64,000 nt of DNA from Ptychomitrium polyphyllum (Eukaryota), in assembly GCA_973851085.1 (NCBI GenBank), contig OZ316775.1:17484001-17548000 (forward strand). The letters run 5' to 3'. Shown one piece after another: positions 26,541 to 39,932 of this stretch (within the stretch, counting starts at the first letter, position 1; every line of letters begins with the position of its first letter). A program made the translations under genes and the position numbers. The notes beneath the pieces are model-generated. The model did not search any database, was not told where the DNA came from, and worked only from the letters and a program-made list of their open reading frames with translations.

Positions 26541-29500
26541 ATTACTAGTACATTCATCCATATAGAATGTACCAATTGGTTGCAATCTATCAATGTAAAA
26601 CAATAGAGTTTTTAAAATATTTCATCATTCCACTCATTTTTATAACCATGACATGAACTTTTTATTGAGAATACAAAAGCTAAAATACTTGCATATAGCC
26701 ATTCTTATTCTTTTCTTTTCTCTTTGTTCAAATGTCTCTATAATTCCTGGCTGTACATTTACCTTTACTACACATTTCAATTAAAGAATCAACTTTGATA
26801 ATTTTTGATATAAAGATATGTTTTTAATTGGAATTGTTACAAGCAATGTCAAAAGAATCAAAGCATCACATAATGCACATATTTTTAAAGACATTAAGTT
26901 TACAACTAAAATCTAAAATAATCTAAAATCTACAAAAAATGCTTGCAATAGAAGTGTTTGGCTTTATAACAAAGTTCATTGTTCCATGTGGCAACTCCAT
27001 TAGATGCAAGGCCCATTCAAAAGCAAGATTTTTATTCCTAAATGTTTTATGCAAATTGCAAATTTTAAAAGAATTTGGCAAATGATGTCAAATAAACAAA
27101 GAGTCTAAGTCCTGAAGAGTTTGATAGTTGCAAATTTAAATAAAGCATGATAAGTTTGAAATTAAATAAACATTATACTTGAAAATTCCACAATAATTCA
27201 AGGTGAGGCCATTACAACAAAGTTGAACAAAAGTAAAGAAATAATAATGTAATGTGTTGTTTAGCAGCAATTTTTTGCTAATATGAATTATAATACCAAA
27301 AAATTAAGATTAATTTAATATTATAATAGGGACATTTTTGACTTCCTAGACGCAATGAAATTATTATTTTTTTACTTCCAAAAAGTAATGAAGTCCATGA
27401 GTTTGGTATAATTTTGTATGCTTCCAAAAAAAATTCAAAGTTAAAAATGGTTTATCAATACCAAGAGCTTATTTAAAACCTTATTTTTTGTAGACAATAA
27501 TGGTAATTTCTAATATTTTACATTACCTAAAATAATTATTCAAAAAAAAGTAGGCTCATATAATTTTGAATCCATTATATATATCAAACAACAATACTAT
27601 GAATTACACCATTATTGAATACTTAATTGAAGTTGATGTGCAAGTTTTGGACAACTTCAGTTTGAATGAAAAATTAGAATGAACTTTTAGACGGATGAAT
27701 GAACCATAATGTAAAAGGATGTTCTTGTTGATAGTGTGGCCCATTCTTAGGGAAGTAAGCCACAGTATCAACCCACCTACACTAAGAAAGGCTTTTAGTG
27801 TGCAGCAATCATGAAGAACCACCTGCACGAAGAAAGGTTTTAAGTGTGTAGCAATCATGAGAAACCTGGCTACATTTTGAGCAAGTTTATAACACACTTT
27901 ACCTAAAACATGCCGAACAGTAAAAAAACTAGTCTACAATCAGAAGGGTAGGTATTCAGTCAGAGCCCAATTGGTGTTACACTATTTTCCTGACTGACCT
28001 CAACCTTTCCTCTCTGTCATATAATACACATGAATCGTGTGCATTTTTTCTACAGTGGCTTGATAATTGTCACAGAAGTCCATACCACTGCCTTACCTAC
28101 ACAAGGACTCAGTCCACTCTTATTCAGGAAAAACTTTACCATATACCCTGGCATTACCTCACTTGTTCCTGCTAACCCAGAATGAAGAAAAACTACTCAT
28201 CACACTGATCTGCACTACTAGAAACAGTTCAAAACTAATATTATTCGGAAAGGAAACGAAAAGATAAGACGAGTAAGAGCCTGCTAGATCTAGTGTTATT
28301 AATCTCAAGTTAACAAACGATTTTTCAAGAATTTCAGGGTATTGTGCAGTATCTTTTATATTCCCGAACTGTATCCTTCAACTATCCGGAAACAATAATG
28401 TAACTGCTGTTCCGAGCTGGAAAGGTAACTCCATGAGGTATACTGTCCGATAATTGACTGTCCAGCTTCGCATCAAAAGTGGTTACAAGTATGATCAGCG
28501 TGAACTCATGATAAAACTTACTCACCCGTTCAAGTTCTCAAAGACTGTAGCTCGGGCCCTGGTCCAGGTATTGGCAATTTGACCCGGCTCGTCTCAATCA
28601 GATCGAGCGTGTGTGCTTGTTCGTCTTTGTGTAGGTGAGGACTGCCTGATTTTGTGTTGATCATTGGTTTGCCGACGGGCCCCAACTAGTGGAACCTCTG
28701 TAGCTGAAGGTGCGTCGACGAGATCAGGAAGACGGGCTGTCGCGATCATCACTAGGACTGACAGAACTGCTCATTCACTTGACCGTCAGACTGCTTCGTT
28801 TGCACGGCCTCTGTTTGTCAGACCAGCAAGGTCTGCACCGCAAACGATTGTTATGTAGGTGTGTTTGAGTGACACCGAAATTTAGTAGATCTGTAAGGGA
28901 GATTCATTCAGAGTTGTGAAATGTGGTAGAGTTTGATCATGGCTTGGAATCATATTGTTTGAATAGTTCCTTGGCTGCAGCCGACGCAGTTCATCTGAAT
29001 ATCAAATTCTGCAGAGAGAGAAGTGGGCCTACCTTTGAGTTAGCATAATGATGGAGCAAGCTTCAGTGAAACTGTGTCTTTGGCTCTGACAACCGTGCTT
29101 CAGATCTAGTGCGAGGAGGCCCCCATTGAAAGAGTTCTGTATCCTGGGTAGGCAGTCAGTTACACTGCATACTGTACATTATTGTGCAGGCTTGTGCCGT
29201 GCAGATGCTCTTGCTGCTCGAGAGTCGAGCCGGGGTGCTTTGTGTGGTAGTAGGAGGGGGGTTAGTGGATGATTAGAGGTGGGAGAGGAGATTTCTTGTT
29301 GCATTGTGCCTGAGTGCGGAGATTGCTTGTAAATTTTTGTGGACGTTTCCTTTGTTTTCTCGTGCTTTCGAATCTGAAACGTTTTGGAATGCGTGCAGGA
29401 CAGACATTAGGGGCTGAAGGCTTTACATTTACCGAGGCACAGTGGGCCCGAGATCTTTTGAATCATGCTGATTCAAGACCTCAGCAACAAAACAACAATC

Positions 29501-31053
29501 AGTGTGCAGGAGTCGTAGGCAGTTCTCTGCCGAGGTCGCGAAGCGGGTGGCGACCTCTGTTGTGGCTTCTCATGCTGCCTTAAAAGCGAGTGAAGCTGAT
29601 CAAGAGAGGTAGGAGAAAGGTCTACTTTGAATCCCAGGACCGAGATCGCATTTTCTTACACAGCTTGCCTATAGCAAGTTCTCAAACGTGATCGCAATCC
29701 TCCAAAATTGTGGACTTGCTTCTGTCATCAGTGCCAAGAGCTTCAATCAGATCTTGCTGCGTTCTTGTGAAGTTGACCGAGTTAGAACTCGTCAATTATT
29801 GAAACAGTACGCATTAATTCCCTCGGGTGCGTGCATGCCCTTCGCTTGCAAATAGGCAAATTTTTACTTCTTTATCTTTGGAGAAGTGTAGGACGACAGC
29901 TTGTTGGTTGAATACCTGGTCTTTTTCTTCTCGTATATGCTCCATGTTAGAACGAACCTATCTCACTCTTGTGCAATTTCTAAGTTGGTACATTCCAGTA
30001 TAAATATTCAAGAGGTTTAGGAATCTTGTAAACTATTGTGCCATACTTCGAGTTACCGTGCTAGAATTGGGGCGAATTTGTGGCGCAGGGGGTTTCATTA
30101 TAAGATTGTTATTAACGAGATTCTAGTATCTTACAGGAGTGCATCCACAGGCGAGCTTAGGGATCGAAGTCGTTTCCCACATGGAGCTTCACAACCGACA
30201 AAGGAGCAGTTATGTAAGTGCGCCTCATCCCCTTTGTGTTTTTTTAGAAAAATTATAATAAAAACAGAGTGACACCAACAACAAGAAATCATTGCCATAG
30301 ATGCTTTTCTGACTCAATTAGCAGAAACCATGTGCCATTGAGGCTGAGGATTCAACATGGGAGGTTCAGACCAGTGCCCGTAGTTGTGCTTCGAGCTTCA
30401 TCTGACAGTGTCCATGTTTCCTTGTCCATGCAGATTCTACTTGGACCTGTTCTGTGAGAATTGGAGGAGGTAGCATTGGACAGATTGTGTGAGAATCGTC
30501 TTCAGTAACAAAGGCAGCTACTAAATTGCAGGTAGCATTTTGAACCCACGAATTCGGAGCCACCCCTACAATTGCGGTTCTTGCAGGGTTATTGTGCCGC
30601 CATGAGATTGCGCGTTCACGTGCAAGAGCAGCAGGGGTGAGGACAGAAATTCCTCTCACCATCTCACTTGCAGTCTGTCTCCTTTCTGTCTCACACGGCG
30701 GGGCGCATTGTCCAAGTGATCTCAAGAATAATTTCTAGGCAGTAAGATTCTTTACAATCACCAGCCACCATTCCCCCAATTCGCAACCATGCTACGAACG
30801 AGAAAGTTACCCCAGAGTTGTCTAACATGATTTGCAAGACGAATCTTTACATTCTGCAGAAATTCTCGCAATCCCGTGTAGCAATTCATCTTGTCATTCT
30901 CACCTACAATGCAGGGCTTGTTTTCTCTGGTTAGATTGCTGCCAGTACTTCGATTATAGTGGGAGCTCAAACTACGTATACGAACTAAATAGAAATTCCT
31001 CGGACTGACTTGACATAGCTACTTGTCTACATGATAATGTCTAGTGAGAAATC

Positions 31054-32439
31054 ATGGAAACACGGAGACCGTGGCACGGGCGATCTGCTAACAAGAGTGC
31101 GTGGGTTGGCAGGTGGCGAAGGAACAATCCGCGTACCAAAATGAAGGACGACGATAAGAAGACCATGGCCCTGCCGATTGACGAAGCATGGATGCCACTG
31201 CGAGGTCGGAGCTTCCAAACTCGGGTGGTGTACGCGATGTGCTTCGTCGCGGCAGTCTGCACACTCGGTTTATTTCTCATGAACTCGTCCACTTTGAACA
31301 TGAGCATGATGATCGGTAGCAGTCGGCCCATGTACGGGCCCAAAAAGATGACACCCGAGGAGACTCGCGAGTTTCTTCTGGAAATTGACATGGGCCTGCA
31401 AGCGTTTCTGAACAAGAGCAAGCCATTCACGAAATTCGGCCCGCCAGTGGTAGGGTGGGACAAGACGAGGGCAGACGCGATCCGCAAAAGTACAAACTCT
31501 TCCAGCGGAGTAAACCCTAAGCCACGCATCATGCTCATCACGAGCTCCCATCCGAAGAAGTGCGAGAACAAGCAGGGCGACCAAATGCTCTTGAAATCGA
31601 TCAAGAACAAGATGGACTACTGCCGGATTCACGGTATCGAGATCTACTACAACATGGACAAGATCGATGATGAGATGCTGGGGTGGTGGGTGAAGACGTT
31701 CCTTACCCACATGCTCATGAAGGAGCATCCCCAGATTGACTGGTTCTGGTGGATGGACAGTGACGCCATCTTCACGGACATGACCTTCGAGCTCCCCCTG
31801 AAGAAATACGAGAATCACAACATGGTGATGCACGGCTGGGACGACGCCGTGTATGAGAAACGAAGCTGGTTGGGGCTCAATGCCGGCGTCTTCTTGCTCC
31901 GCAACTGCCAATGGTCCATGGACTTGATGCACGCGTGGGCGCCAATGAGCCCCAAGGGCAAGATCCGGAACGGCGTCGGGGAGTTCTTGACCAAGGCACT
32001 CCCCGACAGAGGCAAGGGCGAGGCCGATGATCAATCAGGATTGGTGTACCTCATGCTCACCAACAGGGAAAAGTGGGGCAACAAAGTTTTCCTCGAAAGC
32101 TCCTACTACTTCCAGGGCTACTGGAAGCAGATCACCGAGAGGTTCGAGGAGATTATGGAGAAGTACAAACCTGGGAAATATGGTGACGACCGATGGCCAT
32201 TTGTGACCCATTTCTGTGGTTGTGAGTTTTGTTGCGGAGCCATCAACCCCGAGTACACCGTCGATCGGTGCTTAATCCAAATGGAGCGCGCTGTCAACTT
32301 CGCCGATAACCAAGTCTTGGAGAGGTACGGATTCCGCCACAAATCCTTGAAGTCCGCTGAAGTGGAGCCCAAGAACGAGAACTCCACTGCAAAAGCTACG
32401 ACCACAAAACTTGCGAAGACAATCAAGAAGGCAGTGTGA
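31054..32439 (+). CDS. Glycosyltransferase family 34 (xyloglucan xylosyltransferase / galactomannan galactosyltransferase-like), single exon
   Basis: 461-aa ORF; N-terminal TM anchor; LKSIKNKMDYCRIHG, WFWWMDSDAIFTDM (DxD), GLNAGVFLLRNCQWS, DDQSGLVY, WPFVTHFCGC. The true start may be a downstream Met. Confidence 0.93.
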   Translation: METRRPWHGRSANKSAWVGRWRRNNPRTKMKDDDKKTMALPIDEAWMPLRGRSFQTRVVYAMCFVAAVCTLGLFLMNSSTLNMSMMIGSSRPMYGPKKMTPEETREFLLEIDMGLQAFLNKSKPFTKFGPPVVGWDKTRADAIRKSTNSSSGVNPKPRIMLITSSHPKKCENKQGDQMLLKSIKNKMDYCRIHGIEIYYNMDKIDDEMLGWWVKTFLTHMLMKEHPQIDWFWWMDSDAIFTDMTFELPLKKYENHNMVMHGWDDAVYEKRSWLGLNAGVFLLRNCQWSMDLMHAWAPMSPKGKIRNGVGEFLTKALPDRGKGEADDQSGLVYLMLTNREKWGNKVFLESSYYFQGYWKQITERFEEIMEKYKPGKYGDDRWPFVTHFCGCEFCCGAINPEYTVDRCLIQMERAVNFADNQVLERYGFRHKSLKSAEVEPKNENSTAKATTTKLAKTIKKAV

Positions 32440-33759
32440 TCGCCCATCAGGTTAACAAAACCCTCGACCCTAATCTTCTCACAACGAAAGCCACAAGAAA
32501 GATCAATTCTCCTCCTGCAGATTATGTTGTGACGCTCCCAGATATGCACTCACATTCGGGCTATGTCGATGCGTTTGCAGTGAGATCCATAAATACTATG
32601 CTTACATGAGGAGAGGTTGACAATCAAAGAATTCACTCATGAGCTGTGTTCTGGTGGGCGGCCTTGCTACACGACACACATGATGAGAAAATAATCGGCA
32701 ACGCTTGACATATCTGGGACTGATCACCAGTATGGCAGAGAGACATATCGGGTTGCTTGAGTTCTCCCCTGGCTATGGAGGCATCGATCAACCTAGATAA
32801 CCTAACGAGCAGAATGACCTTCCGATTCAGGCCATTGCGCGCAACTTAAATAGATTGGCTGCGTCAGTAGGCAACTAACTGGAGACCGGTCAGTTCTCGC
32901 TGTAGTGATAGTGTAATCTATTGGTGTCAAGATCTACACAGGGTTCCGATTCCGATCCTTGGTTGTAAGCTTTAAGAAATCAATTACTTGTTGACAGCCG
33001 TTTGTAAAGCTAACTTGCAGAACCTAATCTGTTGCTGCGGAAGTTGATTTCTTGGGATGGGCTGCACGCGAACAGTTGTATTCATTGATTAGTGCAATCA
33101 CATTCCTGCGTAGAGTGCGAGCGCGAGAGTTGCAGAGAGCCGCTTGAGCAGCAGCAGGAGCAGATTCAGCAGTTTTGAACTTTTCTTCTTCCTTGGTGAG
33201 GACGGTCACAAAGTCTCTCTAAGTTGAGGTCAGCACTGTTGTCCTAAGTTGTGCTAAGTGCGTTACAGTTAAGTAATAACCTCAAAACTGTCTTAAAGGT
33301 GACTGCGTCGTCACCAAACGACTTAGCAATCTGATCCAGGTCGCGAAGGTGAGAGTCGCCAAAAAAAACTATCGATCGACACACTTCTCACACTGCAAGC
33401 AGCGGACTTCAAGCGCACTTCAGTAGACTGATCTTTCTCCACACTTGAGCAAAGATGTCACCAGGAATAGCAAAAGGAAAACAAGAGAAGAGAACTGCGA
33501 TCGAGACAATAGCAGAAGGAGTAGAAAGTTCCGCCATGGCGATCGTGAAACAGAAACGAAAGAATAACCGCCTTTAACAACCGAAAAACATGTTTAAAAA
33601 CGACATTTTACAATGCTTCGTCGAGAACATTGCGAATAAATCCGAGCAGACACGAGTAAAAGGGTGAAACGGGTAAAAAAGATACAGAAATGGTAGCAGG
33701 GGTACCCAAACTCCACTAAATCTAATTCCTGCACTTCACTCTACCCCTCGTCTTCGCTA

Positions 33760-34872
33760 TCAAGGAGGCAAAGTTGCGAGCAGAAGAGGTAGCTTAGCGG
33801 AGAAAATAGAACGATGAAGGGTATCTCGTAATCGAAGCGATGCCACAGAAGCGTATATATGAAGAACAGTACACCGTGTGATATGATTCCAGAGCCATGA
33901 ATATGATGTAAACGAGCGGAGACGAGCAACAGAATGAACTGGGCAGAACAGGCACGTCGAGAAATGGCAGCAAAAAACACCATTCTGATGATCTGCTTTT
34001 CCCCGCTTCGCTCTGTCGCTGGCATCCGCCATCCACACCCAAGATTCAAAGCAGATAATCTTGAATGAAGCGTCTTTTCCCGCTACACCCTAGGCCTATG
34101 CCCACCAGAGCAGATTGAGGGCAGGTGGCTGAGCAACTATAACCTTCAATAGAGGTGATTGCGTGATCGAAGCGATGTGACAGAGAATGGCGGCAACCGC
34201 AGCGGTAGGAAAGGACTGCACTGCAGCTGAACCCAGAGAAACACTTGAACACACTGCGCATAGTGTACGCACTGTGCAGTGCGCAGCAACACGGAGCAAC
34301 ACAAACTACTGTAAAAAACCGGTTGTAGCATCAAAAGGATCTTGAAACATTTCAATCCTGGGCTTCGACAGTTCAGTTGAATAAGTTCATGACATCAGGT
34401 GATCATGATGAGATCTGAGAATGCCAAAGAACTGAGTCACGTTACAAATGGGGATATAGAAATCTGCTGGACGGGATTAAGGGCTGTGGCCGTTCTCGGC
34501 CGTCTCCTTGCATCCTCCTGTATTTGTAATTAATCCTATCTATCAGATTCTGATTATGATCAAGTTGAGCTGTTTAGCTACAAACCTGAGGACCATCGCC
34601 GCGCATCCAGGTCGAGAGCGCTGAAAGTCCCTGTGAAGCTTAGCACAATGGCACCCCGTTTCCGCACTAACATTCCCTCTCATGAACAATAAAGCATCGC
34701 GTTTCCCATTCACGTCACAGAGGTCGTGCAAGCCTCGCCAGCGGATCAGGCCGCTCCATACCTTGCAGACCGACCGCATTCTGCACAAAACGCACACAGG
34801 CAAGAAAGGGAGTATGCGCTCAATGATCTCAACCGGGAGCTTGCCACGTGCTTTGCCGCTCATTAAGTACAT
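33760..34872 (-). pseudogene. F-box protein, probably frameshifted
   Basis: F-box motif LPVEIIERILPFLPVCVLCRMRSVCKVW. A plausible continuation (FSALDLDARRW) lies in another frame and hits a stop. 3' extent uncertain. Confidence 0.65.
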
Positions 34873-35232
34873 GGTGCCCTGTGACACTCCAGCATACAAC
34901 TCCTAACTAAAGCACGAACTCTAGAGATAACCTAGAAGTATAACAGAGCATAACCCACAAGCGACAGCAGTACAGAAGAGAACCTCCACATACAGACGAG
35001 GAAACAATGCATGACGACGGGTGGTGGATGGATAATGGATGGTGAAGATGGCAGTCGTCGGTGGACGGATGACGGATGGTAAAGAGCTTAAACATGAGCA
35101 TTTGAGACTTGGGGAGTTTGTTGCAACCTGTGTTGTTGAGTGTCTGCGAATTTGTAAGCTGCAAGGAAAGATTCACAGTTCTCTTGCAGTTTCACAAGGT
35201 CCACGGTTTGGAGGTTTCAGGGAAAGTTGGCT

Positions 35233-37119
35233 ATGGCGCCATCAAGGGCGTTGCTGCTGGACAGAGCGTCAGCCTCAGTGATGGGTGTTGGATTGCCAGT
35301 CGTGGCTCCAGTCACCTTACGTAACAGGGGTGCATCGTTCTGGCGCCATAACGCAGCTCCAGTCGGAATTCGCGTTGTGTCTTCTAACCAGGTAATCTCT
35401 GAATCGAATTCTGAAAGTTGGGCTTTCGCTTCTTCGGCTTCTTGCAGTTCTTTAGAACTTCATACAATGGAATGATTTTTTTCAAAGGCCGAAAGAGGAG
35501 TGAGCAATGTGCGGAAAATTGGGAATGTCGAAAGGATTCTGGAATTGGGGCGACGTTCTTGGTTGATTTGCATCATTTTGCTGCCAGAACAAACCATTTT
35601 CGAAATTGACGTGTGTAGGAAAAAAGGGGCAGTCGTTGTCTCTGCTGGGTCCAATAGAGAAGTTCTCGTCGTTGTCTGTCTGCGGGAGCTGTTTCGTGAG
35701 CACGTTGTTAGTATTCGGGCACCGTTTGAAAATGTTGGTTCTCTACAAACACTGCTGCTGACGACTCCGCCCTGAGAATCTTATCGTCCTCATATCATCG
35801 TTCATTGCTGCTTATGAATTCGCTTTGACAAAAACGTGAACAAATTTGTTTAGTGGATGGCAGAACCGAAGCGCACAGATGCGAATGGGACATCAGGAGA
35901 TTCTTTTTCGGTATTGGCGTCGATGCTTGTTGCTGGAGCTTGTGTCGCAGCGTTTGGGTGCTCTACCCCTTGTTGTATGATCTAAAACCTTGCCAATCTT
36001 TGTAGTGCTGCCAAAATTTGGTTCCAATAGCCCGCTGAATCTCCTCTTGTTTTTTTATGTACGATGAGTCCCGCTTCAATTACGACTGTCAAAAAACTTC
36101 TCGAGACGCTAACGTTACTTAGGGTTACAAAGGCAGGGTTGCTCAAGTTCGGATTTTTTGGACATATTTTGGTGTAATTTTCTTAAATTCACGCTTATTC
36201 TTTTGCAGTAGGAGCAGCATATGCAGCGGGAGGAGTGACCGATGAAACCAGTACAATTTTCCAGAGAAGTTGTGCTGGTTGCCACGCAGGTGGTGGCAAC
36301 ATTCTTCAACCAGTATGTCTAAACCGCTTTGCCCCAACATAATCTACCTATCATGTCCGCAATTTCGATGATGTTCAGTGCCAGACTTCTAGTATGATAT
36401 TGCATTCCATATAAGCAGTTTCAGGTGTTTAAATACTTTGTCCTAGCGATGTTTTGAGTTCCAGCTAATGAGGAGCTATGTGCATTATTTTTTCTGCAAA
36501 CCAGAACGCAACGCTTTTTGCTAAAGATCTTGATAGGTAAACCTCTAGGACACTTTTGAATTGTGATTTGACCACAAATAATATGGATCTGTTGTTAAAT
36601 TTTGTACTCCAGAGAAATTACTGGTGCGTAATATAATGTATCTATTTTATTTTCGTAGACCAAGAACTGACTAGAATTTTGCATTATCAGTAGCAATTAA
36701 TTACAGCAACAAATCTACGCTTTTCATGGTTTAATTCCTAGCCCAAAGCCTACCATTTTTCGTAACCGTTTGGCCGTTCTTGCCAGGAATGGGATGGCAA
36801 ACGTGGACGATGTTTTTCAAACTACATATTTTGGAAAAGGACGAATGCCTGTAAATCATACTCTACCTCTACCATAGAAGAACGTTAAGTTCATCAATCA
36901 ATCTCTTTCCCATTTATCAGGGCTACATGTTAGAGCTACTACTGTTGAACTGGGTGGGGTGGCTATTTATCTGATGGTGATTACTTGGAACTGTAGGGAT
37001 ATGGTGAGAAATGCACACCCCGAGGACAGTGTACATTTGGTCCTCGACTGAGTGACTCGGATATTCGAGCACTGGCCGAGTTTGTTAAGCTGCAGGCTGA
37101 TCAAGGTTGGGCCAAATGA
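35233..37119 (+). CDS. petJ: Cytochrome c6A, chloroplast (200 aa, 6 exons)
   Basis: Exons 35233-35391, 35854-35974, 36209-36312, 36505-36536, 36787-36850, 36997-37119; all GT-AG and phase-consistent. Transit-like N-terminus; CAGCH haem motif; YFGKGRMP axial Met; c6A loop insertion GEKCTPRGQCTFG. Confidence 0.93.
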
Positions 37120-37301
37120 GTAGAAGTACAGCCCTTGCTCACCCAGTTTAGACCGTCGCAGGTCCTCGTGACTATAAGCTCTACAAGAAGTCTCGAGTCC
37201 GCGCACAATTTGTCAATATTTTTCTTGGTTTATTGAGATAATTTGTGAGCAAAGCCTTGGTTTATTTTGCGACCATGGGAATGAGAGCATGTCCTAAGGT
37301 T

Positions 37302-38844
37302 CTACTTCTTCCGTCGATGACCTCTAATCGACCTTTTAGTATATACAATCTCTTCCACTTTCTTGACTTTGGTTGCAGCATTACGCAAGGATTTCCTCAC
37401 AGGTTTGATCCCTGTCGCTTCCTCCACAGGAGCACTCCTGATTTTATTTTGGTCTATTAGGTATGGCTCTAGAGCAAGCCACTCCATTGCCTCGCCTTTC
37501 CCGTTATCATAGTCTATCTGCAATGGTTGTCATAAATAAATTTCATTAGACTCGTGCTTAGTTACATATGTACATTTCCTTGAACAGATCAGAATGTGAA
37601 GTGGGCTGTAAGTACCTGATATAGACATGAAGAGATATCGTACGAACATACATGTCCTTCAGAAACACCTCGACTCCCAAACGCCTTCCTCACACGCCTG
37701 CCCACTATTGCTTCACCTGGTCCCAATTCCTTCCTTGCCCCTCCACTGTTTTCCCTCCCAAAGCACCATCCACGGAACCATATTCAACCAGTGTAATGAC
37801 TCAGTTCATTGATGCTTGATACTTCTTATTTTCCTGATTTTCAGCTCTAGGTCTGTTTAGAAGACGCGGGATGACCTAATTATGAGCAATCTTATTGGAG
37901 TTATCTGTTGTTGCCATGCTAATAGAAATGGGAGGGAGTGAGTTGGGAAGACCTTGGTTTTTCGAGTGTTGTTCGACCTTTGAGCTTCATGCGCGAGGAG
38001 CCCATGTATTCAACAGCAAGGCTTGGCAAACCGGCGGGAGCCTTCCGTTTGCGGTCCAGCTCGAAGAACAGCATCTTCTGTGCGGATGAATGCGGGGGTT
38101 GCATAAAGTCATCTCCTTTAATGCTATCCACTTTGACATCTTCCTCTGGCTCGGGGAGCATGGATTGGGAAGCAGTTTCCTCTTCCTCATCGTCCTCCAT
38201 TTGTGCCATCTGCAAGCCTGCTTCTTCATCTGGAACTTGCGATGGAGAGAATTGAGATGGTGACGGGGTCGATGACTCCTGTTGTGCTTTAAATTTTCTG
38301 GCTGGCTCAGCGTCCAATTTCGCTGCGTGATGCTGATGCTGCAATCGAGTGGTCGTGGGTGGTGATGAAATACGAGGTTTAAATGCTTTGGGCTTTTGAT
38401 CTAATCCTTTCAGAGGGCCACATTTGCAAGCAGTGGAAGGTGATGCCTGCGATGACTTTTTGAGGTGAACCTTCTCTGGCCCCTTCAGAAATGCTTGTAA
38501 CGGGGATAACTGCTGGGATGTCGAGGGGGTGGGAGTTGGAGTTGTTTGTGTCTCTTTGCCTCTCTCTAGGTCATGTTCTTCGTCTGACTCCTCGTCTTTC
38601 AGGCTTGACAACTGTCCAAAAGAGAGATTGTAATAGCAACATTTGGAATGTCATAGAATGGCGCTAGATTATGGTATATGAGTAGTTTCGTCAGGAAGTA
38701 TACCTCGACATCAGCAGCAGCTACGCTGAACGGACCTCCTTGATAGATAGGAACGCTGCTGGAGGCCTCCGTGGAGGCCTGGCTCTGTTGGCCGCTGGGA
38801 TCTGGGGAACTACAGGCCTCTGCAAATGTTTGTTTTGACAGCAT
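37302..38844 (-). pseudogene. Disrupted or incompletely modelled gene: low-complexity S/P/E region plus C-terminal PTM/DIR17-like Tudor domain
   Basis: Intron 37518-37615 joins IVGRRVRKAFGSRGVSEGHVCSYDISSCLYQ to IDYDNGKGEAMEWLALEPYL. Intron 38612-38703 joins an upstream exon to the 230-aa ORF. That ORF stops at 37919, before the Tudor frame. 5' part unresolved. Confidence 0.55.
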
Positions 38845-39897
38845 TGTGTAATTTTAGTATAGCAGTTAAATGAGTTGAGTGTCCTTGTTTATCTGAGGCA
38901 ATATATTGTCTCTGCGATCTAGGTTTTCAAGACTGTACAGTGTGTCTGCCTTGGCAAGGAACAACATAAGAGCCAGGAGCGTATGTAGCCCTACCAGCGG
39001 TTGCAAATGTACATACCAGGTACTAGTGGATCATTGTTGCCAGCTTCCATGTGCCCAGACATAAGTTTGCTCCATGTTTGCCCCATTTCACGACTCTGAA
39101 TTTTTCCGAAAGCTGAATAGTTCACTGCGTCCAACGTCAAGCCAACGACTGTGACGTTGGTTGTTTTTGTATCTGCAGGTTCATGAGCTCATGATGTCCG
39201 TACTTTAAGAAGTCCTCCGCAATACAATATCTCGTGTCTCTGTATTTGTTCTGCAGCATCTCTCATATCGCAGCACTTTTTCTACTGTAATTATACTATT
39301 TTTACTTCGTTCCTTTCAGACAAGAATAAATCCTTGCACTGCCTTCGTGTTGTGCCCCATGTGTGGCCGAGCAGTTCTTACAGTCTGGTAAGAACGGTGT
39401 AGGTAATCGTGCTTGTGCGGCATTTCAGATCCTCGATGGCGAAAGGCTGGGTAAACGGATTGATTGTAGAGCCCGTGTCTTCGCAATAATGTTGAGCATC
39501 TCCAGATTCTTAGCATGTCCGCACATCGACGGATGCACAACTTGTATCCGGATGCAGACGGCGTGCTTTGTCGCTTTCGAGTTGCATCTCTACAGCGGGA
39601 TAGGGATAGGTATGGCCTTCTGTACCGTAAATGTGCTCCTCGGAAACCTACAGACTGCGAAACGCTTTTCTGCAAAATTTTAAGATTTCCACAGGTTTCG
39701 TGGCGCTAAATGAACAAGAAACATGGTAACCATAAGCCTTGCTCCTTCAACTGCCGCCCGTGTTCGATTCCACGAAACCCTCAGAGAACGAATTCACCGC
39801 TGTCAGCAGCTCAACACTGAAAGCATTCTGCATCAGGAACCAGTGCGTGGGTTTTGTCTTCTGAGCATCGCCATATCCATGCAAGGAATTCTTCGGT

Positions 39898-39932
39898 TTC
39901 CAGCCCGTTTCCAGCCCGTTTCCAGCCCGTTC
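39898..39932. repeat. 3 x 11 bp tandem repeat (ttccagcccgt)
   Basis: Seen directly. Confidence 0.8.

Noticed and set aside
26550..27900. Possible hAT remnant (GVATWNN) and a 97-aa ORF
   Set aside because: Single weak motif; no other hAT blocks or TIRs found.
31270..32034. 254-aa ORF antisense to GT34
   Set aside because: Expected shadow of a GC3-rich coding sequence; no independent motif.
31054..32439. GT34 as a retrocopy because it is intronless
   Set aside because: Plant GT34 genes are commonly intronless; no poly-A tail or TSD seen.
32680..32725. C/D-box snoRNA-like ATGATGA...CTGA
   Set aside because: Too short and no terminal stem.
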